This document shows positions 24,427-33,404 of a DNA stretch of 46,433 nt, one piece after another. The number at the start of each line of letters is the position of its first letter. The stretch's first letter is position 1. Location: positions 1 through 46,433 of the forward strand of contig JAUVYS010000002.1 in NCBI GenBank assembly GCA_030602965.1. The letters are read 5' to 3'. Both the position numbers and the translations under genes were made by a program. The notes beneath the pieces are model-generated. The model searched no databases. It was not told where the DNA came from and saw only the letters and a list, made by a program, of their open reading frames with translations. The DNA comes from Candidatus Bathyarchaeota archaeon. Lineage in GTDB: Archaea; Thermoproteota; Bathyarchaeia; RBG-16-48-13; JAGMEO01.

Positions 24427-25035
24427 TCACCTCTCCTTCACAGCCTTAATTACAATCGCTGTTCCTATAAGACCCGCAACGATTAATACTCCGTATATAA
24501 TTTCTTTTGGAATTTTCGCTAGGGCTTCTGGAACTGCTTTGATCCAAGATCCTATTTCTCGTGCATTCTCTAAAAGAAAATATCCTGCGATAAATATGCC
24601 TACTACTATAATAACAGCCTTGATTATGCTAATTATAGCAGCAGAGACAACAAATGAATGAACATCTACGTCAGGTATATCAGTCTTAAAAAATGTAGTT
24701 GTTGTAACATAACACCGATAAGCGTTTTCGTATCGTTCATAATCATAATATAGCCATTCCCAACGAAAAGATACATTTATCGAGATTATTTGTAATGCAC
24801 GGCCTTCCTTCAGAAATTCTGCGGTTAATTTCTCGAATACTGCTGCCTTCATTCTTTCTGTAATCTCTGGTTCATGCCAATTTGGACTTACAGAGGGTGG
24901 AGAATACCAAAGTGCAGTCTCAAGAAGCCACTTCCATTCATACTCAAACAATTTTTGAAGTGACCGAACAACTTGAGGTTTAAGAGATGAAATAGTTTTG
25001 TCTTTAAATTCTAATTCTTCATATAACAAAACCAT
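24427..25035 (-). CDS. tagged (MVLLYEELEF) membrane protein, 2 C-terminal TM
   Basis: The ATG at 25035 follows GGAG. TM segments are VVSAAIISIIKAVIIVVGIFIAGYFLL and IIYGVLIVAGLIGTAIVI. Confidence 0.7.
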   Translation of the reverse strand: MVLLYEELEFKDKTISSLKPQVVRSLQKLFEYEWKWLLETALWYSPPSVSPNWHEPEITERMKAAVFEKLTAEFLKEGRALQIISINVSFRWEWLYYDYERYENAYRCYVTTTTFFKTDIPDVDVHSFVVSAAIISIIKAVIIVVGIFIAGYFLLENAREIGSWIKAVPEALAKIPKEIIYGVLIVAGLIGTAIVIKAVKER

Positions 25036-25095
25036 TATTTTCTCCATCCATTAATATTTAATTCTAAGTTTTATGAGTTTCCACTGGCTGCACGA

Positions 25096-25953
25096 TTAAC
25101 TCTTGAGATGTAATTCAAATTGGTTACAAACCGTTTCTGCTTCACAATCATTAGGTATAGGATCTCCCCAACCTTCAATTCCAAAAGCTATTTCTTCTAT
25201 TGTCCATCCATCACCTATAGGCGGTGCTTCTCCCCGATTACTTCCTCCAATATTTGTTTCTTGATTAATAGGAATGTAACTTTCACCTTCTGTTAAATTG
25301 TGATGCCAAAAAAATGTTTGTGCACCTTTCTTGTATCTACAATCAACATAAATGTTACAAGCTCCCAATTTCTTCATTATCTCATAATCAAGAATAATGT
25401 AGCCTTCAACGGCTGGAATAGAATTTAAAAGCTGTTTCAAATGGCAAAGAGCCACTCTTCCATAAATTGTTTGATGTTCCTTCAAATAAAGACTGACACG
25501 ATCATCCAATCCCTGTATTTTATAATGCAGAACAGTTCCAGAACCGCCGCCGGCCCAACTCCAAGATGCTCCTGTGAAATGCCAATCAGCCACATCTTTT
25601 TCTAGACTTGAATCAAAACCTTCTTCAACCCAACGCCCTACATTAAGACTGGAATTCCTGTTAACAATAACATATTCTGATGGTGCAGCAGCAGTAATCA
25701 TCGGCAACGAAATCAAAGAAGCTAACCCTAAACTTCCAACCGACAAAAGAACAGGATTAATAGTCTCTGGTTTCTTAGAATCATATATACCTAAAGAAAT
25801 AATTGTAGCTGCCGCGCTACCAATTAAAAAAAGTTTCTGCCAAGGAAAACTAGGTTTTTCAAGAGGGGGAGGTCCATTATCCCCTTTTATTTTTATCGAG
25901 AAAGGTCTAACATCAAACCTTGTTTCCTCCTGTAAATCATAAAGAAATGGCAT
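25096..25953 (-). CDS. tagged (MPFLYDLQEE) membrane protein (285 aa from the ATG at 25953)
   Basis: The tag and the RFDVRPFSI motif are shared with 25967..26368. Two TM segments precede a large C-terminal domain. Confidence 0.65.
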   Translation of the reverse strand: MPFLYDLQEETRFDVRPFSIKIKGDNGPPPLEKPSFPWQKLFLIGSAAATIISLGIYDSKKPETINPVLLSVGSLGLASLISLPMITAAAPSEYVIVNRNSSLNVGRWVEEGFDSSLEKDVADWHFTGASWSWAGGGSGTVLHYKIQGLDDRVSLYLKEHQTIYGRVALCHLKQLLNSIPAVEGYIILDYEIMKKLGACNIYVDCRYKKGAQTFFWHHNLTEGESYIPINQETNIGGSNRGEAPPIGDGWTIEEIAFGIEGWGDPIPNDCEAETVCNQFELHLKS

Positions 25954-25966
25954 AGCTGTTTCCCAG

Positions 25967-26368
25967 CTATGGAGATCTATTTGGAGGGCTTTCGATCCAC
26001 ACTTCACCACTTATGTTTTTAGCGGGCATTATAAAGAACATGTCATAATAGTCAACTACGCCTGGATCTAAAGATGAAAAAGGCCATTCATAAGCGTCTA
26101 CTCCATCCGCCGCTAATTGTGGTTGAAACTCTGCTCTGACGTTTCCAGTGTTTCTGATGTCACCATAAACCTTTACGCTTTGTCCTGCTTCGGCTTCAGA
26201 AGGATAATTTATAGATACAAACTCTACACTGATTTGTGGTTGAAATCTAAGATTGATATTAAAACTTCTAACATCGTATCTTGCAGGGGAAAACTTGCGA
26301 GAAGCAAACCGTAAACTATATTTCTTTTGAGGTATTTTTTCAAATACACTCTCATATAGTAAAACCAT
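25967..26368 (-). CDS. tagged (MVLLYESVF) protein with a CARDB/Ig-like beta domain
   Basis: AGQSVKVYGDIRNTGNVRAEF is typical of CARDB-like domains. Confidence 0.6.
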   Translation of the reverse strand: MVLLYESVFEKIPQKKYSLRFASRKFSPARYDVRSFNINLRFQPQISVEFVSINYPSEAEAGQSVKVYGDIRNTGNVRAEFQPQLAADGVDAYEWPFSSLDPGVVDYYDMFFIMPAKNISGEVWIESPPNRSP

Positions 26369-26399
26369 AGCTTAGACCAACTAAACGATCCTCACGCAG

Positions 26400-26421
26400 A
26401 CAGATAGCGTAAGCTATCTGT
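26400..26421 (-). terminator. strong intra-operon hairpin directly after the stop of 26422..26970
   Basis: ACAGATAGC-GTAA-GCTATCTGT forms a 9-bp perfect stem with a 4-nt loop. Confidence 0.5.
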
Positions 26422-26970
26422 TTAGACGTAGATTTTGGATTCAGCCATTGTTCGTGGCAATACTATGAAGGCTAACAGCCATCCAGGTGCAGGGCTTGAT
26501 GTAGAATGCACATAAAACCTGAAGGTTTCTCCGCCTTTGAAAACGTAATGGTCTAGATTGCCTTTGTATGCGCCTTGTCGTTCTAGGAAGAAGCATACTG
26601 GCCCAGTGAACCATTCACCGATCCAATCTATTCCACCACCACTCCACCATCGCATATAGTCAAAGTCCATTGTTGGCAAACCGAAACTGTCATCAACACC
26701 CCAATTCATTATTCCCCAAGGGAAAAATGCAGTGTTCTGCAGCAATGTTTTCTGTGTGTTTCCTTGCGGTAGATTATATGCTAATGCAGTTGGTAAAGGT
26801 AATCCGAGATGAACAGGTTTATGGCTTTCGATACGCATTTTAATGCGTTCACGATCGGCGATAGCAGCAGCTTCTAGTTTAGCATCTCTATATCTCATAG
26901 ACATTATCGTATAAAATTCATCTCTTGAAGTAGGAGTAAAAACTGGTCCTTGAATTATCGCGACCATCAT
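26422..26970 (-). CDS. hypothetical protein, paralog of 8511..9026 (182 aa)
   Basis: Shared internal motifs and the C-terminal VLPRTM motif. Confidence 0.7.
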   Translation of the reverse strand: MMVAIIQGPVFTPTSRDEFYTIMSMRYRDAKLEAAAIADRERIKMRIESHKPVHLGLPLPTALAYNLPQGNTQKTLLQNTAFFPWGIMNWGVDDSFGLPTMDFDYMRWWSGGGIDWIGEWFTGPVCFFLERQGAYKGNLDHYVFKGGETFRFYVHSTSSPAPGWLLAFIVLPRTMAESKIYV

Positions 26971-26982
26971 TCTAATCCACTC

Positions 26983-27405
26983 CTAAATTTCCTCGACTAA
27001 TTCTTGTTCAGGAAACTCGATTGGTGTAGGATACTGAAGCCCTTCTTTTAATGGAAGTTTTCTAGGTGTTCCAGATGATCTTCTTCTGAATTCATAGGTT
27101 CCACGTTTTCTTAACTCGTCCAGTATGATGATACTTGTGCCTGTTGCAAGTCCTGCACCGCCCATTGCACCTAGCAACGCTCTGTTTTCTGGATCTGTTG
27201 TGATTTTACCTGTTTTGTGGCTGTAATATGCAAGTCCTATACCTAGGATTCCTTGAATTAATCCTATAATTCCACTGATTTTAATTCCTGATTTAGCTAC
27301 GGCTGGATCGCCTAAAACTCGTCCGCCTTTCAAAGCATATTCAGATACTAATGGAACGCCTACGCCTAAAACCGCGCCTCCCGCAGTCTTTAATACCACG
27401 GACAT
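26983..27405 (-). CDS. glycine-rich hydrophobic protein (140 aa); candidate membrane or virion protein
   Basis: GGAVLGVGVP..., SGIIGLIQGILGIGLAYY and GAMGGAGLATGTSIIIL segments. First gene after a TATA box. Confidence 0.65.
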   Translation of the reverse strand: MSVVLKTAGGAVLGVGVPLVSEYALKGGRVLGDPAVAKSGIKISGIIGLIQGILGIGLAYYSHKTGKITTDPENRALLGAMGGAGLATGTSIIILDELRKRGTYEFRRRSSGTPRKLPLKEGLQYPTPIEFPEQELVEEI

Positions 27406-27440
27406 TTTTTTTCCTCTTTAGAGTAGTAAGGTATTAACCG

Positions 27441-27448
27441 TATTTAAA
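27441..27448 (-). promoter_or_regulatory. classical archaeal-type TATA box (TTTAAATA) for the structural operon
   Basis: Minus-strand reading: AAAACAAGC-TTTAAATA, then 36 nt including GAGG, then the ATG at 27405. Confidence 0.5.
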
Positions 27449-27480
27449 GCTTGTTTTATTAAAATAAGCTATTAGAACAC

Positions 27481-27508
27481 TTATTATATCTAAAGATTAC
27501 TTAAGTAA
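27481..27508. promoter_or_regulatory. 25-nt repeat copy A containing the 12-bp perfect palindrome TTACTTAAGTAA
   Basis: TTATTATATCTAAAGATTACTTAAG matches 39337-39361 at 23 of 25 positions. The palindrome lies at 27497-27508. Confidence 0.6.
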
Positions 27509-27522
27509 CCATTTGGTATACA

Positions 27523-28284
27523 TCAAGTTTTCATCCCCCATTTCTTCACGGTTTTTGTTTCAATAAATTCTAGAATGATGTTTTCCATTAAGATGCCGAG
27601 AAGGGAGATGCAGAAGAGGGTGCCAAGCATTCCCGCCGCGTTTAATTGAAATCGATTAACGTAGATAAGCCAGCCTAACCCTCCTTTACCGCCTACTGCA
27701 CCGAACACTAATTCGGCGGCGACTACGCTTCTCCAAGCGACTCCCCAAGCACTTCTGAAACCGGTGATAAGATGGGGAAGAGAGGCAGGTAATAATATGT
27801 ATCTGACTAAAGGTAATCCTTGAAGACCATAATTTTTTCCAACTTCCACTGTGATTCCTCTAAGAGTGTTCAGTCCATTCATGATGTTAAGGGTGTAGGG
27901 ACATAATGACCCGAAAATAGTTATGAAGATGATAGCGTTCTCTCCTAGGCCGAACCATAAAATAGCGAAGGGAAGCATTGAAATGGCTGGAACTGGATTA
28001 AATATTGAAATTATCGCTTCTACTACAGGTCTGGTTCTTTGTGAAAGAGCAGATAAGGTTCCAAGGATGAAACTTAAACAACTGCTAATTGAAAGTCCTA
28101 TGAATAATAACTTGAAAGTGTAAGTGATAGCTTCAAAAAGCCTGGTGTAATGAGTTATCATATAGATGATTGTGTCTGTTATTGATGGAAAAATAAAGGG
28201 GGAGAAGATACGTATTCGCGCAATTGTTTCCCAAAGGGTTAATGCTGAGAAAACGAAAAAGATTTTGATATGTGACTTTTTCAT
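27523..28284 (-). CDS. ABC transporter permease, NitT/TauT (sulfonate/nitrate/taurine) family
   Basis: Six TM segments. NPVPAISMLPFAILWFGLGENAIIFITIFGSLCPYTLN resembles the SsuC/TauC signature region. Confidence 0.8.
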   Translation of the reverse strand: MKKSHIKIFFVFSALTLWETIARIRIFSPFIFPSITDTIIYMITHYTRLFEAITYTFKLLFIGLSISSCLSFILGTLSALSQRTRPVVEAIISIFNPVPAISMLPFAILWFGLGENAIIFITIFGSLCPYTLNIMNGLNTLRGITVEVGKNYGLQGLPLVRYILLPASLPHLITGFRSAWGVAWRSVVAAELVFGAVGGKGGLGWLIYVNRFQLNAAGMLGTLFCISLLGILMENIILEFIETKTVKKWGMKT

Positions 28285-29327
28285 TTTCCTATCAATCCTT
28301 TTGTTTCTGCGAATAGCATATCTTCAAACGTTAATGTTTTTTGTATCAAGTCTAGTTTGTGCATTATTGCTGCTATGTCTTCTACTGCAGATAAACCGAA
28401 AGTTGGATTCCACATTAAGCATGGTTGCCCCAAACGATTCTTAAGGAGCCATAGATCCCAAGCTTCATCTGGTTCGTATTCATAGACTAATCCTATAATT
28501 TTTGATGCTTCCTGCGGATTGTTAATGATGTATTCGGTGGCTTTGAACCACGCTGTCATAACAGCAGATAATAATTCTGGATGTTCTTCACAGAATTCAA
28601 CTCGACCGATAAGAGAGCTTCCTGGAAGAGGAGTACCCCAAATTTCAGTGTCACAAGTAACCATGTGATATTTCGATTTTGTTTCACCTTCAGGATTCAC
28701 TTCAACCGCATTAGCATATTGAATTGTGTAAGGAACTCCAGTGAAAGCACAATCTATTTGTTTTTCTTCCATCAATTGAAAAGCGTCTGGGTGAGTGAAG
28801 AATACACTCACAGCATCAGCTTCTTCTTTTGTTCTACCTAAGTCACCGAAGGCTTTGATTAATCCTGCTTGTTCAATGCTTCCAAGTTTTACAACTCCAA
28901 CTTTGTCTCCACGTTTAATGTCGGCTATTGATTGGATATCCTCTCTCCAAGTCCAAAGTTCATGTTCTTTGCTTCCCATACTTAACAAGATTTTAGTGCC
29001 TATTTGTTGGTCTACTCCTTTAATGGCGGGCGCGATCCCCATAGATCCGAACTCTAAGCTTCCCGCTACAAAAGCCTCATTGATTGCTGTTCCTCCACTG
29101 ATTTTTTGAAATATGCCTATTGCTGTGCCATTTGAGTATTTTTGTAATAGATTAAAGTGATCTATGATAATGTGTTGTCCATAATGAAAACCGAATTGAT
29201 ACGCGAAACGTACTTCGGTAACAGATATTTCAGGAACATAGGGATTAGACATTGAATACAAGAAAACACTAGACAAAATAATTAGAGTTAAAGCTAAAAC
29301 AACTGATACAACTTTATATTTATTCAT
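28281..29327 (-). CDS. ABC transporter substrate-binding protein, NMT1/THI5-SsuA-like
   Basis: N-terminal TM/signal anchor. The ATG at 29327 overlaps the ATPase stop (ATGA). Placed in an operon with the permease and ATPase. Confidence 0.7.
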   Translation of the reverse strand: MNKYKVVSVVLALTLIILSSVFLYSMSNPYVPEISVTEVRFAYQFGFHYGQHIIIDHFNLLQKYSNGTAIGIFQKISGGTAINEAFVAGSLEFGSMGIAPAIKGVDQQIGTKILLSMGSKEHELWTWREDIQSIADIKRGDKVGVVKLGSIEQAGLIKAFGDLGRTKEEADAVSVFFTHPDAFQLMEEKQIDCAFTGVPYTIQYANAVEVNPEGETKSKYHMVTCDTEIWGTPLPGSSLIGRVEFCEEHPELLSAVMTAWFKATEYIINNPQEASKIIGLVYEYEPDEAWDLWLLKNRLGQPCLMWNPTFGLSAVEDIAAIMHKLDLIQKTLTFEDMLFAETKGLIGK

Positions 29328-30046
29328 TGTTTCACCTCCATTTCCTTTAATACTGCTGTCCAATACTTACCAAAGTCTGCGCTGGCAACGTTTCTTGGTC
29401 TAGGTAATTCTATGTCAAATATTGATTGGATTCTGCCTTTTTTAGATAAGACAACCACTCTATCGGCAAGAAATATGGATTCTCGAATGTTATGTGTTAC
29501 AAAGAGTATGGTTATCTTAATTGTTTGCCAGATCTGTACCAGTTCAGACTGTAACCTTCTTCGAGTTTGCGCGTCAAGGCTTCCGAACGGTTCATCCATC
29601 AATAATATGGACGGGTTCATTACAAGCGCGCGTGCAATCGCCGTTCTCTGTTTCATGCCTCCACTCAATTCATGAGGGTATTTGTGTCTTGCATCTGTTA
29701 AACCAACAAGTTCTAACATTTCAAGAGGTTTTCTAGATGATTTATTTCCTGATAGTTTTGGGCCGAAAGCAATATTTTCAATTGTGGTTTTCCAAGGAAG
29801 CAATTGATTTAATTCTTGAAATACCATAAATCTCGTTGGTGACGGTGCAATTATAGGCTTATCATCATGTAATACTGTGCCAGTGTAGGATTCAAAACCT
29901 CCCACCACCCGTAATAAAGTGGTTTTTCCACAACCCGAAAAACCGACTATACAAACAAAATTTCCATCATCTATATTTAGATTGATGTTGTCAAGAACTT
30001 TGTTTGAATCAAAACTTTTTGAAACGTTTCTAAGAGTTAAACCCAC
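29324..30046 (-). CDS. ABC transporter ATP-binding protein (TauB/SsuB-like)
   Basis: Walker A GFSGCGKTT, signature LSGGMKQR, Walker B LLMDEPFGSLD. Confidence 0.9.
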   Translation of the reverse strand: MGLTLRNVSKSFDSNKVLDNINLNIDDGNFVCIVGFSGCGKTTLLRVVGGFESYTGTVLHDDKPIIAPSPTRFMVFQELNQLLPWKTTIENIAFGPKLSGNKSSRKPLEMLELVGLTDARHKYPHELSGGMKQRTAIARALVMNPSILLMDEPFGSLDAQTRRRLQSELVQIWQTIKITILFVTHNIRESIFLADRVVVLSKKGRIQSIFDIELPRPRNVASADFGKYWTAVLKEMEVKQ

Positions 30047-30101
30047 AACATACGCCTGTTCTCCTCAAGCAGTTTCCATTTGGAACTTGTTACTTAAATA
30101 A

Positions 30102-30446
30102 TTATAGTTCCCATTCAGATAATTCTCTCAACATTCTACCGCTTATTTTCAAGGGGCCTATTTTGCTTCTACGTAAATGTCGAGATTTAATACCTAGCTT
30201 CTCCATTTTCCTTATAGTCTGTAAGTTACCCGTGACTACAACATCAAAACGTGGTAAATCATCAAAGGTTTCTCTTTCTATAAAACCTTTTCCTATAACA
30301 ATCACTTTATACTTAGGTAAATGTTTGAATACATCCTCTAATATTCTCTCGATCTCATTTATTGCTATAACCTGTTTCCTTGTCCCACCATATGTATAAG
30401 TGGTAATTGCTACGATTATTTCACTATACAAAGGATATATTCTCAT
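30102..30446 (-). CDS. hypothetical protein (114 aa)
   Basis: ORF on the dominant strand. Confidence 0.55.
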   Translation of the reverse strand: MRIYPLYSEIIVAITTYTYGGTRKQVIAINEIERILEDVFKHLPKYKVIVIGKGFIERETFDDLPRFDVVVTGNLQTIRKMEKLGIKSRHLRRSKIGPLKISGRMLRELSEWEL

Positions 30447-30505
30447 AAGTGATAGAACATGACCTAGATGCGGAGGTTGGAAACGTTATCGACCAGGAAA
30501 AATTG

Positions 30506-31087
30506 CTATCCCTGGCATGACACCACCTCCTTACCGTTCCAAACTATTTCTATTGGAACGATTTCATATTTTCTTTTCAAATGATCTAAAGAATTACAGA
30601 CTTTACATAAAACATTTAAATCATCAGTTTTTCTCGTCCCATTTAAAATGCTTCGATGAAAATATCCTTGTCCTCCAACATCAAATTTCTCTTTAGATCC
30701 TCCTCCATTAACATGATTTATTTCTAAAAAACGAATGTCATCGCAACCACAATTAACACATTGAGGAATATTATTACCAGAAACTTTTTGAAGAAGCTTC
30801 AAACGTAATTTCACGCGGTAAATACGTCTTTCTTCTGGATGTTCTCTTGCGTATTGTCTTTTTTGGGCACGTTCTCTTTCTTTATTCAACTCATACCATT
30901 CCTTGAAACTATTTTTTCGTTTTTCTTTATGTGTTTCCCAACGTTTTTTCTCATATTGAGATTTACACTTCTTACAACGTGAATCTAATCCATTAAGTCT
31001 TGTAGGATCTTTATGAAATTCACTAATAGGTTTTTCTTGTTTACATTTATAACATCGAAAAATCGCGATCTTCTCATTTGTAGGCAT
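30506..31087 (-). CDS. HNH endonuclease with an N-terminal zinc-binding region
   Basis: CYKCKQEKP...CKKC at the N-terminus. C-terminal CVNCGCDD...EINHVNGGG...LCKVCNSLDH. Confidence 0.75.
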   Translation of the reverse strand: MPTNEKIAIFRCYKCKQEKPISEFHKDPTRLNGLDSRCKKCKSQYEKKRWETHKEKRKNSFKEWYELNKERERAQKRQYAREHPEERRIYRVKLRLKLLQKVSGNNIPQCVNCGCDDIRFLEINHVNGGGSKEKFDVGGQGYFHRSILNGTRKTDDLNVLCKVCNSLDHLKRKYEIVPIEIVWNGKEVVSCQG

Positions 31088-31625
31088 AAATCATAAACCT
31101 TTCTTTTCTTTCAGGTGGCACAGCAAACGTATATTTTGGAAAAAATGGCTTAAGCCAATCATCTATTACTGCATTACTTATTTCCTTCCATTTGTGTGTT
31201 TCAGACGGATCATTCCAAGGAGAAGCGAACGTAAAGAATCCTCCTTTTTTTAATACTCGATACACTTCAGCAATAAATCTTTTAGGATCATCTAAGTGTT
31301 CCATCACTTCAACGGCAAGTATCGAGTCAAACACTTCGTTTCGGAAAGGCAGTTGTTCAACATTACTACGCGCGCGCGGTCTAGAGCCGCCTACCCAACG
31401 TTTTTTTAAGGCTACACTGCTGAAGTCAAGAAACAAACCGTTTTTTATGAATCTGGCTAAACAGCCAAATCCACATCCAGCATCAAGCACATATCCTTTA
31501 GTTTTTTTTGCCATAATAATCTTGTAAGGCCAAGGATGTTCTGCTTGGCGTTGAGTTCTAGGAAGCCATTGATCAAAGTGTTCATCGTATTTTTGTGGGC
31601 TTCCCTCTGTCCTGTACCAACTCAT
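31074..31625 (-). CDS. class I SAM-dependent methyltransferase
   Basis: Motif I VLDAGCGFGCL and post-I/II FDSILAVEVMEHLDDP...LKKGGFF. Confidence 0.8.
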   Translation of the reverse strand: MSWYRTEGSPQKYDEHFDQWLPRTQRQAEHPWPYKIIMAKKTKGYVLDAGCGFGCLARFIKNGLFLDFSSVALKKRWVGGSRPRARSNVEQLPFRNEVFDSILAVEVMEHLDDPKRFIAEVYRVLKKGGFFTFASPWNDPSETHKWKEISNAVIDDWLKPFFPKYTFAVPPERKERFMIYAYK

Positions 31626-31636
31626 TTAAAATTACT

Positions 31637-31864
31637 TCACAAAATTTTCTTTTCTAGTATATCAGGAAGTTTAAGGAGGATCTTAGCCATCTTCAATTCA
31701 TAAACTGCTATCCCCATTAAGTGATGTTGTAATTCATGAAGAAGAAAACGCCCAAGCAAAATCCGATTCCTAGCAAAAATGATTATTTCAGGTACGTTAT
31801 AATCAATAAAGGCTAGGTTTTCACCGTTTGTTAATTTAACTGAAATTTTAGGAATAAGCTTCAT
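31637..31864 (-). CDS. small protein with an HExxH motif (75 aa)
   Basis: HELQHH. Too short for a confident metallopeptidase assignment. Confidence 0.4.
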   Translation of the reverse strand: MKLIPKISVKLTNGENLAFIDYNVPEIIIFARNRILLGRFLLHELQHHLMGIAVYELKMAKILLKLPDILEKKIL

Positions 31865-31869
31865 ACATT

Positions 31870-32517
31870 TTACAAACCTAGCTTTTCATAATTGAGTTGC
31901 ATATTTAGTCGACTGGGAAATCTGCAATGTTTCATATGTATTATCGCCATTTTTGTTAAAGCTATTTTAGGCCACTTGTCTCGATGAATTCCTTTAGCAT
32001 TATAGAGTTGGTAATGTTTCCCTTGCCAATGTAAACCTTTTTGCCATTTCAGAAAACGTGGTTTCCAACCTAAATATTTCAAGTGAAACTCTAGTTTCTT
32101 GTTTAAGTAAGGTTCCCACATACGCACATAAGCAACTAAAGCTTTCCCTGATTTTCTAATTCGATTGAAAGCTTTTTTGATGTTTCCTGATGGAATTTCA
32201 TCATCGCTCAAAAGGTATTTCCATTCACCAGGCTTCCAATACTTTCTTTGTTGCATAAACATTTTCTTAGCTATTTCATTTTCATAAAAGTTAGTGCAAC
32301 GTATCCAACGTAAATTACATTTTAACTTTAGACTGGCAATAACATCTTCAGTTCCGTCTGTACTGTGAGGAACATTAGTATAACCCGCGTCCTTCATAAA
32401 TTTGAAGGCGCCATCAAAACATTGTATTTCATCTACATGATTATGAACTGCTAAGAGAGGTGCCGCAATGAATTGAGCGCAATTCCAACAGAAACTTTGA
32501 ACGATTATTCTACTCAA
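31870..32517 (-). CDS. GT-A-like glycosyltransferase candidate (215 aa)
   Basis: STDGTEDVI and LSDDE (DxD-like) motifs, in a glycosyltransferase cluster. Confidence 0.45.
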   Translation of the reverse strand: MSRIIVQSFCWNCAQFIAAPLLAVHNHVDEIQCFDGAFKFMKDAGYTNVPHSTDGTEDVIASLKLKCNLRWIRCTNFYENEIAKKMFMQQRKYWKPGEWKYLLSDDEIPSGNIKKAFNRIRKSGKALVAYVRMWEPYLNKKLEFHLKYLGWKPRFLKWQKGLHWQGKHYQLYNAKGIHRDKWPKIALTKMAIIHMKHCRFPSRLNMQLNYEKLGL

Positions 32518-33404
32518 TGAAATGTTTCCTCTATAAATTTGATTGCTCTTAGACAGGCTTTTCCATCGATTTCTCCCATCACTTTTTCACGCCAGCCTAA
32601 ATGTTTGGTTATATCTGGATTATCAAAACATTTCTTGATGACAAGTCTCAAACTGTTAAAGTCTGCTTTTAATACGCCTCCAGGAAAAACTCTGCCCCAT
32701 TTCTCTCCCTGTTTCATGTGGATCGAAGGTCTGCCAGTAGCCATGAATTCCCAGAGAACCCCGCTTGATTCAGATACTACTATGTCTGCTAAGGGAAAAA
32801 CAATTGTGATATCACTTAAGGGATCAAGCAACTTCATTTTGTTTTTCTGTAGTTCGGATGTCATATTTTTGTATTGATCTTTATAAAACTGGTATGTTCC
32901 ACCGTGAGCTTTAACGAGTAAGGTGAAGCTTAATTGTTTGGATAAAGTGATTAGTAACTTTAAGGTTTTCATGCGATTAAAATCGTGCATGCTTGAGGCG
33001 TAAAGAACTGTTTTGGTAGATGATTGTTTCCGGTTTCCAAAAAGAAAGTCGCTTTTCGGCCATCCTACAATTTTCGATTTACGAATGTTTTTCCATTTAT
33101 TCACCCACCAACTGCCAGGGAGCATGACGGCTTTGAAGAGTTTCATGTGTTTGTAATCTTGTTCGGCTGGATTAGTGTGATAAGGACTTAAGCTGTGAAA
33201 ATGATATATCGTGTTTTTTGCGCGTGGAAGTGCTTCTTGTGCAGTTGAAGAAACAATATGATTGTATTTCGTTGCTTTTTTGAATGGTTGATTAAATACT
33301 GCTACAGCGTCTTTACCTAATTCCTTCATTTTACGGTAGATTGGGCGTATAGCGGCTGAGTGTTGTTCAGCTACAGAATAAAAACAGATTGTTAAATTAT
33401 TCAC
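32514..33404 (-). CDS. GT-B-like glycosyl/glycerophosphotransferase candidate (296 aa)
   Basis: The C-terminal VVSESSGVLWEFMATGRPSI resembles a GT-B donor-binding region. Confidence 0.45.
   Translation of the reverse strand: MNNLTICFYSVAEQHSAAIRPIYRKMKELGKDAVAVFNQPFKKATKYNHIVSSTAQEALPRAKNTIYHFHSLSPYHTNPAEQDYKHMKLFKAVMLPGSWWVNKWKNIRKSKIVGWPKSDFLFGNRKQSSTKTVLYASSMHDFNRMKTLKLLITLSKQLSFTLLVKAHGGTYQFYKDQYKNMTSELQKNKMKLLDPLSDITIVFPLADIVVSESSGVLWEFMATGRPSIHMKQGEKWGRVFPGGVLKADFNSLRLVIKKCFDNPDITKHLGWREKVMGEIDGKACLRAIKFIEETFH

Noticed and set aside
30506-31625. Overlapping HNH nuclease and methyltransferase genes as a restriction-modification pair.
   Set aside because: The methyltransferase has generic class I (Methyltransf_11-like) motifs. 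It lacks the DPPY/NPPY or PCQ motifs of DNA methyltransferases.
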